Sequence record: DRR723986_7195
DNA length: 41,334 nt
Strand: one strand, 5' to 3'
Below are positions 18,945 to 28,289 of the stretch, one piece after another (within the stretch, counting starts at the first letter, position 1; each line of letters opens with the position of its first letter). The notes beneath the pieces are model-generated. The model saw nothing but the letters and a program-made list of their open reading frames with translations, had not been told where the DNA came from and did no database searches. The position numbers and the translations under genes were made by a program.

Positions 18945-20237
18945 ATGAAAGATGGCGGACGCCTGGCGGCGGCAATTGAAGTCCTGACTGAAGTGGAAAC
19001 GCGGCACAGGCCTGTGCAGCTTGCCCTGAAAGACTGGGGTTCCGCACACCGGTTTGCAGGTTCCGGTGACCGGACGGTCATCGGCAATCTTGTGTTTGAC
19101 GCACTTCGGAACAAGGCTTCGCTTGGTGCAAGAATGAAAGACGGTTCGGCAAGAGCCGTTGTTCTTGCGACCTATTGCCTGAGTTGGGGCAAAGGCCTGC
19201 AGGCGTTAAGCGACATTCTCGAGCAGGATCATCATGCTCCGGCTGCATTGTCAGTTGATGAAATCGCTTGCCTCTCGCAGGAGCCTGACAGCACGCCATC
19301 GCCTTTTGAACAGGCAGATATTCCAGAATGGCTTTGGCCGCATTTTGAGACCGTCTTCGGCGAAAGCGCCATTGAAGAAGGCCAGGCGCTGGCAACACGC
19401 GCCCCGGTCGACATGAGAACCAATACGCTCAAATCTGACCGGGACAAGGTTCTCAAGCGGCTGGCTCATACCGGGGCAAAGGCAACACCTCTGTCACCAG
19501 TTGGTGCGCGCATCGAGGCCAAGCCTGATCTTGGCCGCATGCCGCATGTTCAGGCTGAGGAAGGCTACCGAAAGGGTTGGTTTGAGTTGCAGGACGAGGC
19601 CAGCCAACTGGCGGCTCATCTTGCGCAAGCCAAACCTGGTGATCAGGTGTTGGACTTTTGCGCTGGTGGTGGTGGCAAGACACTGGCTCTGGCTGCCTCG
19701 ATGCAGAACAAGGGGCAGCTATACGCCTATGACGCGGACCGTCTCAGGCTTGCACCGATCCACGAAAGACTGCAGCGGGCCGGTGTTCGAAACATTCAGG
19801 TGAGGGATCCGGCAACTTCAAGCCTCGACGATCTTGTCGATCAGATGGACCTGGTTTTCATCGACGCCCCTTGCACGGGGACCGGCGTATGGCGTCGCCG
19901 GCCGGACTCCAAGTGGAAGCTGGCGGAAAAGGCCTTGCAGGATCGTATCGAAGACCAGCGCCGTGTACTGGAAAGCGCGAGCAGATACGTCAAGCCGGGG
20001 GGGCGTCTTGCCTATGCGACCTGTTCCGTCCTGCGTGAGGAAAACCAGGCCCAGGCGGACCGGTTCCTGGAGCAAAATCCGTCGTTCCAGTCTGTTTCCG
20101 CGCTGGATATCTGGAAAACAACTCTGCCGGATGCACGGCTCCCGAAATACGTTTCCGACCGCGGCGACATTCTGCTGACGCCCGGGTCTACCCAAACGGA
20201 CGGTTTCTTCATTGCCCTGTTTCGGCGGGTACAGTGA
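18945..20237 (+). CDS. RsmB/NOP-family RNA m5C methyltransferase
   Basis: ELQDEASQ, LDFCAGGGGKT, DAPCTGTGVWRR, YATCS, TDGFFIA. Confidence 0.9.
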   Translation: MKDGGRLAAAIEVLTEVETRHRPVQLALKDWGSAHRFAGSGDRTVIGNLVFDALRNKASLGARMKDGSARAVVLATYCLSWGKGLQALSDILEQDHHAPAALSVDEIACLSQEPDSTPSPFEQADIPEWLWPHFETVFGESAIEEGQALATRAPVDMRTNTLKSDRDKVLKRLAHTGAKATPLSPVGARIEAKPDLGRMPHVQAEEGYRKGWFELQDEASQLAAHLAQAKPGDQVLDFCAGGGGKTLALAASMQNKGQLYAYDADRLRLAPIHERLQRAGVRNIQVRDPATSSLDDLVDQMDLVFIDAPCTGTGVWRRRPDSKWKLAEKALQDRIEDQRRVLESASRYVKPGGRLAYATCSVLREENQAQADRFLEQNPSFQSVSALDIWKTTLPDARLPKYVSDRGDILLTPGSTQTDGFFIALFRRVQ

Positions 20238-20256
20238 GTTCAGACAGTTTTTGCCG

Positions 20257-21456
20257 TCAGGATCTGTCCTGACGGCGTAGCCCGAGAACGTTCGGCAATT
20301 GATCGCCGTCTGTTGCGAGTAGCTTCTTCGAAGTCGCGGGCTCCAGGCTTTCCTGGTGTTGAATTTCCTGTTTGGTTTCTTGTTCTTGAGCAATTTTTGC
20401 AGCAGCGTCAGGATTATTTGACGAGGGGTCTTCCGTTGCTGAAGTCGCAGGGGAGTTCACTGGGCCTGCTTCCGGTGATTTCCTTTCGGCGACAACCAGG
20501 CCTTCGACGAGTTCTCGTATAGCCGGCTCCAGACCGTCGCCTCGAGACATGGCCGTCAGGACCGATCTGGCCTGGTTGGAATATTTGAGTGCGGCGAGGG
20601 CGGCTCCAAGTGCATTCAGAGGTTCTTTTGCTGATTTGTCGAGATCGTGCGCGGCCAGGGCGTGTTTCAGAGCTGCACCATGATCTCCAAACTTACGCGC
20701 AATACTGCTGAGCCGAACGTGGGTCTGTATTGATCTCGGAGATAGCTTCAACGCGGCAAGCGCAGCTTCACGAGCATCTTCCAGGGCGCCTTTCCCGGCG
20801 AGTGCGTCGGACAACAGGTCCAGGGGAAGCGGGTCTGCCGGCGCTCGCTCACTTGCCCGGATCGTCAGTTCGATCACTTCGTCAAAGCGCTTACGCAGCA
20901 GCAATGTCTGCGAAAGACCAATTAGTGCAGGGCCGTAATCCGGATCGGCCTTCAGCGCTTTCCGATAAGCCGCGATCGCTGCTGCCTTTTGATCAACCCG
21001 CGCCTGTGTGTCTGCAAAAAGAGACAAGACAGCTGGCGTATCCGGCAATAGCTCGACCAGGCGTCGGGCCGGAACGGAAGCTTCTTCGGGTTTGTCTTCT
21101 TTCAGCAAAACACTGGCAAGACCATAGAGCGCGTTTCGATTGTCCGGTGCTTGGGCGAGCACATCAGCAAAATTTTGCCGGGCGTTTGCCATGTCACCGA
21201 GCAGCAACTGACAGTTCCCGAGGCTCGCGCGAGCATTCAGGTGGTCTGGTTCGGCAAACACGATGCGGCGCAACTGCGATTGAGCCTCGTCCAGATACCC
21301 GGTCTGGAGCAACGCGGATGCCGTCCTGTAGGCAATTTCCGTGTCGTCCGGCGACAGTTCCTGGGCTTTCAGATAAGACACCAGCGCCCTGTCAAGATTG
21401 CCCGCATTTTCAAGGGCTACGGCTTCTTCAAACGCTTTACGGGCAGCTGCGGTCAT
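20257..21456 (-). CDS. Tetratricopeptide-repeat protein
   Basis: Tandem TPR-like units (AQELSPDD, VFAEPDH, LAQAPDN, LKADPDY); low-complexity C-terminal tail; start uncertain (ORF open from 21480). Confidence 0.75.
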   Translation of the reverse strand: MTAAARKAFEEAVALENAGNLDRALVSYLKAQELSPDDTEIAYRTASALLQTGYLDEAQSQLRRIVFAEPDHLNARASLGNCQLLLGDMANARQNFADVLAQAPDNRNALYGLASVLLKEDKPEEASVPARRLVELLPDTPAVLSLFADTQARVDQKAAAIAAYRKALKADPDYGPALIGLSQTLLLRKRFDEVIELTIRASERAPADPLPLDLLSDALAGKGALEDAREAALAALKLSPRSIQTHVRLSSIARKFGDHGAALKHALAAHDLDKSAKEPLNALGAALAALKYSNQARSVLTAMSRGDGLEPAIRELVEGLVVAERKSPEAGPVNSPATSATEDPSSNNPDAAAKIAQEQETKQEIQHQESLEPATSKKLLATDGDQLPNVLGLRRQDRS

Positions 21457-21723
21457 CTGGGTCGGTTTTCCTAAAAGCACCTGCCAGCAGCTTGTCTCAC
21501 CGGAGACGAAGCACGGGGGCTTATGGTTAACCTAAGGAGCAGGCGCGCGCCGGTCAAAAGCGAATTTCAGCCGTACACAGCTTGTCCGCCGGAAACATTT
21601 GCCCGCCAAAGTTACGACACAAGAAAGCCGTGGAACAGGCGTTGGCGGCAAAATCTTGTGCGGGACAGCATCGGCTGTGAAATTCGGGTTCATTTTACTC
21701 AAAAGACCGGTTAGAAGCTGGCC

Positions 21724-23295
21724 ATGACCCAGCATCAGCGCCTTCTTATCATCGACTTCGGCTCCCAGGTCACGCAGCTCATCGCGCGGCGCCTGCGCGA
21801 GTTAAATGTCTACTGCGAAATCCACCCATATCAGAATGTTACCGACGCCTTTTTGAGCGAGTTTTCGCCCAAGGCGGTAATTTTCTCAGGCGGCCCGGAT
21901 TCGGTTACACGAGCCGGTTCACCGCGTCCGCCGGAAAGCGTCTACACAATGGGCGTTCCGATCCTGGGGATCTGTTACGGCCAACAGGTGATGATGCAAC
22001 AGCTGGGCGGACAGGTTGACGGTGGCAAGATTTCCGGCGGTGGCGGCACGGCCGAGTTTGGCAGAGCATTCGTGACACCAGTCGAGAACAAACTGTCGAT
22101 CCTGGATGGATGGTTTGCCGACGGGAAAGAACAGGTCTGGATGAGCCATGGCGACCATGTCAGCCGGATCGCACCAGGCTTTGAGGTCTTCGGCACATCG
22201 CCAAACGCTCCCTACGCGATTACCGCGGACAAGGAGAGAAACTTCTACGCCGTACAGTTTCACCCGGAAGTGCACCACACGCCGAACGGCAAGAAACTGT
22301 ATGAGAATTTCGTCCGACTTGCCGGCTTCACCGGTGACTGGACCATGGGAGCCTACAAGGACGACGCCATTGCGCGCATCCGCGAGCAGGTCGGTGACAA
22401 GAGGGTCATTTGTGGTCTGTCCGGTGGTGTCGACAGCTCCGTTGCTGCTGTGTTGATCCATGAGGCGATCGGGGATCAGCTCACATGTGTCTTCGTGGAC
22501 CACGGATTGTTGCGCCTGAACGAGGCGGAAGAAGTGGTGTCCATGTTCAGGGATAACTACAACATTCCCTTGATCCATGCGGATGAGAGCGAACTGTTCC
22601 TGGGAGAGCTGGACGGTGTTTCCGACCCGGAAACCAAACGCAAGATCATCGGAAAACTGTTCATCGACGTTTTCCAGAAACATGCGAATGAGATTGAGGG
22701 CGCTGAGTTTCTCGCTCAAGGTACGCTCTATCCGGACGTGATTGAGAGCGTCAGCTTCTCCGGAGGTCCGTCGGTCACCATCAAGTCGCATCATAATGTC
22801 GGCGGGTTGCCGGAAAAGATGGGACTGAAGCTGGTCGAGCCGCTGCGTGAGCTCTTCAAGGACGAGGTGAGGGCGCTTGGCCGTGAACTCGGCCTTCCCG
22901 AGAAGTTCATCGGCCGCCACCCCTTCCCGGGACCTGGACTTGCCATTCGTTGTCCAGGTGAAATCACCCGCGAGAAACTTGAAATTCTTCGAAAGGCTGA
23001 TGCGGTTTATATCGACCAGATCCGTAAGCACGGTCTCTATGACGATATCTGGCAGGCTTTCGTTGCCATCCTTCCAGTGCGAACGGTTGGTGTCATGGGC
23101 GATGGCCGCACATATGACTACGCCTGCGCGTTGAGAGCCGTGACGTCTGTCGACGGCATGACTGCCGACTATTTCCCCTTCACGCATGATTTCCTGGGTG
23201 AGACGGCAACCCGTATCATTAATGAGGTACAGGGCATCAACCGCGTAACCTATGACATTACGTCAAAACCACCCGGCACTATTGAGTGGGAATAA
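21724..23295 (+). CDS. guaA: GMP synthase (glutamine-hydrolysing)
   Basis: [63 protein letters not shown]. Confidence 0.97.
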   Translation: MTQHQRLLIIDFGSQVTQLIARRLRELNVYCEIHPYQNVTDAFLSEFSPKAVIFSGGPDSVTRAGSPRPPESVYTMGVPILGICYGQQVMMQQLGGQVDGGKISGGGGTAEFGRAFVTPVENKLSILDGWFADGKEQVWMSHGDHVSRIAPGFEVFGTSPNAPYAITADKERNFYAVQFHPEVHHTPNGKKLYENFVRLAGFTGDWTMGAYKDDAIARIREQVGDKRVICGLSGGVDSSVAAVLIHEAIGDQLTCVFVDHGLLRLNEAEEVVSMFRDNYNIPLIHADESELFLGELDGVSDPETKRKIIGKLFIDVFQKHANEIEGAEFLAQGTLYPDVIESVSFSGGPSVTIKSHHNVGGLPEKMGLKLVEPLRELFKDEVRALGRELGLPEKFIGRHPFPGPGLAIRCPGEITREKLEILRKADAVYIDQIRKHGLYDDIWQAFVAILPVRTVGVMGDGRTYDYACALRAVTSVDGMTADYFPFTHDFLGETATRIINEVQGINRVTYDITSKPPGTIEWE

Positions 23296-23582
23296 GCAAG
23301 GCTTTGGATCACTTGGACCCGACGTCGCTTGGCGGGTCTTGACGTGTGCGGACCGAAATATCGCAGGTAACTCTGCGAACGCAGGAATGTGATTGCACGA
23401 ACGATTGTCGAGCCTGCATGCATTGGCGAAAGGTCAATGATTGTGCTCGTGCATTTGCTTTTGTTTATAGCGCCTCGATGCTGTGAGCGAACTGCAATTT
23501 GCTTCGATTAACTGAATATTTGCAGGCGCTCATATAAACAGTCCTCAAACTGTTGCTCTGTCAGTTGCTTTGCCGAATAAAG

Positions 23583-24311
23583 ATGGGAATGATTGAAGTG
23601 AGTAAATTAACTAAAATTATTTCTGGATATGAAAATGACGGCTTCAGTCTCGGCAAAGCAGCTAGAAAAAAGAGAATTAAGTATTTTTGTGAATTGATAG
23701 AGAGTAAATTTTCTGAGAAGGGCCGTGTAAAAATACTAGATATTGGCGGGACTGTTCAATATTGGAACATCATCGACAAAGATTTTCTGGATCGCAACAA
23801 CGTACAGATTACCCTTTTAAATCTCCCGGGATCTCAAGCCTTTGAGGCAGACGGGAGATTTGATTTTTTGACAGGTAACGCCACAGAAGACATCTGGAGT
23901 TACCTGGACCCGCAGGACTATGACCTGATCCATTCAAATTCGGTAATCGAGCATGTTGGCGACTGGGCGCAAATGAAGCGGTTTGCGTCAAATATCCGGG
24001 ATTTCCACGGCGGTTATTTTGTCCAGACACCAAATTTCTGGTTCCCCATTGAGCCGCATTGCATGACGCTCTTTTTCCATTGGCTGCCGAAGCCTTTAAG
24101 GGTCTGGCTTGTTGCTCACTTTTCCTTGGGGCATTGGGCAAAGGGTGCCAATACCGATGAGGCCGTCGAAATCGTCGAAAGTGCGCGCCTGCTGAGCAAG
24201 TCCATGTTCAAGGCGCTTTTCGATGATGCGCTCGTCAAGCAGGAAAAATTCCTGTTTTTGACCAAGTCCTTCATGGCTGTCAGAGTTGACGGGGAAGAAG
24301 TCTCTTCTTGA
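23583..24311 (+). CDS. Class I SAM-dependent methyltransferase (start uncertain)
   Basis: ILDIGG, HSNSVIEHVG, VQTPNFWFPIEPH. Confidence 0.75.
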   Translation: MGMIEVSKLTKIISGYENDGFSLGKAARKKRIKYFCELIESKFSEKGRVKILDIGGTVQYWNIIDKDFLDRNNVQITLLNLPGSQAFEADGRFDFLTGNATEDIWSYLDPQDYDLIHSNSVIEHVGDWAQMKRFASNIRDFHGGYFVQTPNFWFPIEPHCMTLFFHWLPKPLRVWLVAHFSLGHWAKGANTDEAVEIVESARLLSKSMFKALFDDALVKQEKFLFLTKSFMAVRVDGEEVSS

Positions 24312-24425
24312 AAAGAGACTGGATTGCTCAACTTAATAGATTTGAATAACCGACAGGCTTTCGAAAGATCACAAAACGAGCTCTCGAAATTGGTGGCTCA
24401 GCGCCTTGTTGAGATTTGAGCGTGA

Positions 24426-24947
24426 ATGAATACACCACGGCATCCGGACCTGACACCAGACTGTGCTTCTTGTGCAGCCCTTTGCTGTGTTGTCTTTGCA
24501 TTTGACCAATCCGAGTCCTTTGGTATCGACAAGGCAGCAGGCGAGGTTTGCCCGAACCTGGATAGCTGCGGACGTTGTGCTATCTTCGATGACAGGTCGC
24601 GTCTCGGATTCAGTGGATGCATTACCTATGATTGTCACGGTGCAGGACAACGTGTGACGCAGGAAGTGTTTCACGGGCACACATGGCGGGAAGATCCCGG
24701 ACTTACGGAACGGATGGGTGAGGCGCTTTCCATCCTACGGCAAATTCATGAGAAACTGCTGCTCCTGGCAGCGGCTGAAAAACTTCCGCTTGGTATCGGG
24801 GAACGACAAGCAATAGTCGAACTGCAGATGCAGCTTGCTCCGCAGTCAGACTGGACGGAATCTCGGCTGAAGGCGTTCCCGCTGGTTGAGATTTCACGAA
24901 AAGTGTCGGATTTCCTGACAGGCTTGCGTCGACATTTCGAGCGATAG
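24426..24947 (+). CDS. Cys-rich hypothetical protein (putative metal-binding domain)
   Basis: DCASCAALCC, DKAAGEVCPNL..CGRCAI, GFSGCITYDCHGAGQRVTQ. Confidence 0.7.
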   Translation: MNTPRHPDLTPDCASCAALCCVVFAFDQSESFGIDKAAGEVCPNLDSCGRCAIFDDRSRLGFSGCITYDCHGAGQRVTQEVFHGHTWREDPGLTERMGEALSILRQIHEKLLLLAAAEKLPLGIGERQAIVELQMQLAPQSDWTESRLKAFPLVEISRKVSDFLTGLRRHFER

Positions 24948-24970
24948 ACCTGAGAGCGAAATGTGTGCCC

Positions 24971-25306
24971 TTATCTTGCGCATTTGATACAGAATGCTGC
25001 GGCCGGGTCCACCTGTAGCCGTTTCACGGAAATCTCTTCACCGCACTCCACGCAGTCACCGTATTCGCCAGCTTCCAACCTTGATAAGGCCGCGTCGATT
25101 TTCTGGATTGTCGCCCGGCGCTGCCGTTCGGATGCCTGTGCCATCGCTTGTCCTTGAATCGCGTCCATACGCGACAATCGACCGACTGATTGTTGATCTA
25201 GCTCCACCGTGGCACGGGCTTCCCCGGACAATTCGCTCAATGTTTCAAGTTCGGTCTTGAGCGACAAGAGCTTGATCCGAATGTCTTCAACGTTGTGTTC
25301 CGCCAT
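24971..25306 (-). CDS. TraR/DksA-family C4 zinc-finger protein
   Basis: GRLSRMDA coiled-coil tip; GEYGDCVECGEEI..RL....CIKCA; GGAG RBS. Confidence 0.85.
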   Translation of the reverse strand: MAEHNVEDIRIKLLSLKTELETLSELSGEARATVELDQQSVGRLSRMDAIQGQAMAQASERQRRATIQKIDAALSRLEAGEYGDCVECGEEISVKRLQVDPAAAFCIKCAR

Positions 25307-25393
25307 CTCCAAGCCTCCAGCGAAAGCATGAAGACGGCGGCCTGATTGTGCAAGAGGAGGTAAGTTTCACCTGTTAAACGGCATCACTTGATC

Positions 25394-26407
25394 CTAAAAC
25401 CCGGCAAGAACGATCTTCCCAATGGTTTTATTGCTTTCAATCTTCTGATGCGCGACGCGCAGATTATCTGCATTGATGGGTTCAATCACTTTCGTCAATG
25501 TGGTCTTGAGCTTGCCTGCATCAACAAGGTCAGCGACGTTGTTCAACAGCTTGCGTTGCTCATCCATATCGGTTGTCTGGTACATGGAACGGGTAAACAT
25601 CATCTCCCAGTGGATCGATATCGCCTTCAGTTTGAAGGGCCCAATGCTGACGTTGTCGGGATCGTCGATGAGCAGAAAACGGCCCTGTGGCGCGATCAGT
25701 TCTGCAATATCGTTCACGTGTTGCTCTGTGTGCGTTGTCGAGAAAACATAGCCGGGGGCGTCCAGTCCCAGAGCTTCGATCTGAGGCGCTATCGGTTTTG
25801 AATGATCGAGAACATGATGCGCACCAAGCTCGCTTACCCAGGAACGGCTCTCCGGTCTTGAAGCAGTTGCGATAATCGTCATGTTCGTCAATTGACGGGC
25901 GAGTTGAACCGCAATGGAACCGACACCTCCCGAACCGCCAATGATCAGGAGAGTGTTCGAACCAGCCGGAACCGGGTCATTCACCTTCAGCCGGTCGAAC
26001 AGGGCTTCCCAGGCGGTGATCGCCGTCAAGGGCATGGCTGCTGCCTCGGCAAAACTCAGGCTCGTGGGTTTGCGGCCCACAATGCGTTCATCAATGAGAT
26101 GGTACTCCGAGTTGGTTCCGTCCCTGGTGATGTCGCCGGCATAATAGACCTCATCGCCCACCTTGTAGCTGATAACGTCAGGACCCACTTCGGCGACGAT
26201 CCCGGCCGCATCGTATCCAAGGACGACTGGCGCGCCGTTTTGCGAAGTTCGGGATTGCCGCACCTTGGTGTCGACTGGGTTGACCGCAACAGCCTTGACC
26301 TCAACGAGAAGATCCTTTCCGGAAGGCACCGGCCTTGGTAGGTCGAGATCAGTCAACGACTTCGGGTCATCAATAGGAAGTGGTTCAAAAAATCCGATGG
26401 CACGCAT
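25394..26407 (-). CDS. Zinc-binding alcohol dehydrogenase family / quinone oxidoreductase-like protein
   Basis: VAVNPVDTKVR, LGYDAAG, AAAMPLTAITAWEALF, IIGGSGGVGS, HWEMMFTRS. Confidence 0.9.
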   Translation of the reverse strand: MRAIGFFEPLPIDDPKSLTDLDLPRPVPSGKDLLVEVKAVAVNPVDTKVRQSRTSQNGAPVVLGYDAAGIVAEVGPDVISYKVGDEVYYAGDITRDGTNSEYHLIDERIVGRKPTSLSFAEAAAMPLTAITAWEALFDRLKVNDPVPAGSNTLLIIGGSGGVGSIAVQLARQLTNMTIIATASRPESRSWVSELGAHHVLDHSKPIAPQIEALGLDAPGYVFSTTHTEQHVNDIAELIAPQGRFLLIDDPDNVSIGPFKLKAISIHWEMMFTRSMYQTTDMDEQRKLLNNVADLVDAGKLKTTLTKVIEPINADNLRVAHQKIESNKTIGKIVLAGF

Positions 26408-26513
26408 GCTGTGTTCTCCTGATTTGCGTACCAATCAAATTGATCATAAAATTGTTTGGCGCAAGAATGCACAATTCTAGCCGTAACTGACAAAAAAGAA
26501 CCTTAGGCACAAA

Positions 26514-26918
26514 ATGGATACCATTAGGAAATCAGGACCCAAACTGGTCAAGGACGTTTATGGCTGCCATCCGGGCTGTGCTGTCGAAGCAGCGCTCAGT
26601 TTGATCGACGGCAAGTGGAAAGGCGTCATTCTGTTCCTGCTGATGGAAAAAGAAGTCATGCGCTTCAACGAGTTCCAGAAAGCGCTTCCGGACATCACAC
26701 AACGGATCTTGACCGCTCAACTCCGTAGTATGGAAGCTGACGGGTTGATCGTGAGGACCGTCTATCCTGTTGTTCCGCCGAAGGTTGAATATCAACTGAC
26801 CGACCTTGGCGTGTCGCTGGAGCCAGTGGTGAAGGCCCTTGCACGCTGGGGGAACGAAAACAAGACGCTCTGGCCAAAAGGGTTTAAACGGGACAGCCAC
26901 CTTCAGCAGGCAGGCTGA
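26514..26918 (+). CDS. HxlR-family winged-helix regulator
   Basis: GCAVEAALSLIDGKWK, RFNE, TQRILTAQLR, VPPKVEYQLT; divergent from the oxidoreductase. Confidence 0.9.
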   Translation: MDTIRKSGPKLVKDVYGCHPGCAVEAALSLIDGKWKGVILFLLMEKEVMRFNEFQKALPDITQRILTAQLRSMEADGLIVRTVYPVVPPKVEYQLTDLGVSLEPVVKALARWGNENKTLWPKGFKRDSHLQQAG

Positions 26919-27046
26919 CGTTTTTCCAGGCAGATGAGTTTCGTTTGTCGCTTGCAAACTGTTGAGCCTTCTGACGCATTCGTGACTTTGTCAATCCGCG
27001 GCCCGTTGCGAGGATGCTCCCGTGAAATCCAAGGGAGAAATGCGTC

Positions 27047-27424
27047 ATGAACCTAAGATGTTCGACAGCGCTTGCGGTATTGCTCCTTTCCTTAGTGTTT
27101 GGAGCGTGCTCAGCACGAGCAGGTGAGGTCGAGATTATCTCGGCAAAAGCAACCGGATCTGCAGGCACGTGGACCTTCGCAGTAACTCTCAGGCATGACG
27201 ATACGGGTTGGGATCACTACGCCGACCTCTGGCAGATCTTTACGCCAGACGGAGAATTGTTAGGCGAGAGAGTGCTCCTTCACCCCCATGTCGACGAGCA
27301 ACCCTTCACGCGATCCCAATCGGGCATCACGATCCCAGAGGGCGTGTCACAGGTCATCATCCGGGCACGAGACACGGTGCACGGTGTTTCGCCACAAGAA
27401 TACAATTTGAACCTGGACCGTTAA
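27047..27424 (+). CDS. Secreted hypothetical protein
   Basis: Signal-peptide-like N-terminus; VTLRHDDTGWDHYAD.W, RVLLHPHVDEQPFTRS; AGGGAG RBS. Confidence 0.75.
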   Translation: MNLRCSTALAVLLLSLVFGACSARAGEVEIISAKATGSAGTWTFAVTLRHDDTGWDHYADLWQIFTPDGELLGERVLLHPHVDEQPFTRSQSGITIPEGVSQVIIRARDTVHGVSPQEYNLNLDR

Positions 27425-27436
27425 GCGTTACCTCAG

Positions 27437-28072
27437 TCAGGTGCGGATAAAGGCCAAAATGCCATCCGCAACGAATTGTACGGATAGAGCTGCCAACAGC
27501 ACGCCGAGAAGACGGGTGATAACCAGCTGTGCGGTTTCTCCCAGGAGCCGTTCAATCTTGTCAGCCAAGAGAAAAGCACCCATGCAACTCAGCAGGATGA
27601 TCGCGATGACGCCGCCGAGGCCTGCATAGGCGAGGGTATCCGGAGCCTGACTGGACAACAGGATGATCGCTGAGATTGCCGCAGGTCCCGAAATAAGCGG
27701 TATCGCCAAAGGAAAGATGGCGAGTTCATTGATCGTTCCATGATGCGCTTCCGATTCCATCGCCTTTTCGGCGGTTTCGGTTTTACGCGCCTGGCGCTTG
27801 CCGAAAATCATCTCGATCGCGATCAGGAACAAGAGGATGCCTCCGGCGACCCTGAAAGCGGAAACGGAGATGCCGAGTACATTCAGCACCGTCTGTCCGG
27901 ACGCATAAAAAACAAGGAGTATGGCCGCCGCCGTAATGGTTGCCCGAATGGCGACCTTGCGCCTGTCGTGCTTACTCATTCCAGCCGTGATTGCAAGAAA
28001 CATCGGGGCCAGACCGACCGGATCAATGGTGACAAATAGGGTCGCGAAGGCGTTGATGTAGTAGTCGAGCAT
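27437..28072 (-). CDS. MarC-family integral membrane protein
   Basis: TLFVTIDPVG, FRVAGGILLF, IFPLAIPLISGP, RLLGVLLAALSVQF. Confidence 0.92.
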   Translation of the reverse strand: MLDYYINAFATLFVTIDPVGLAPMFLAITAGMSKHDRRKVAIRATITAAAILLVFYASGQTVLNVLGISVSAFRVAGGILLFLIAIEMIFGKRQARKTETAEKAMESEAHHGTINELAIFPLAIPLISGPAAISAIILLSSQAPDTLAYAGLGGVIAIILLSCMGAFLLADKIERLLGETAQLVITRLLGVLLAALSVQFVADGILAFIRT

Positions 28073-28289
28073 GGCGATTCCCGGACCGGTTTTTAAGGCG
28101 CTTTTGTCGCCTTACTATAGAGCTTTGCGATGTGGTGGCATGTTCTCAAGCCAAATGATTTTTGTCCCCTGTGTATACTCCTCGTAAGGCATTGAAATTA
28201 AACCTCTATTACTTAGGTGGAAAAGCGCCGAGAATTTGGAGCGGCGTCTTGAATCGGATATAAAAGAGCAAGCAATAACAATGAAATGA

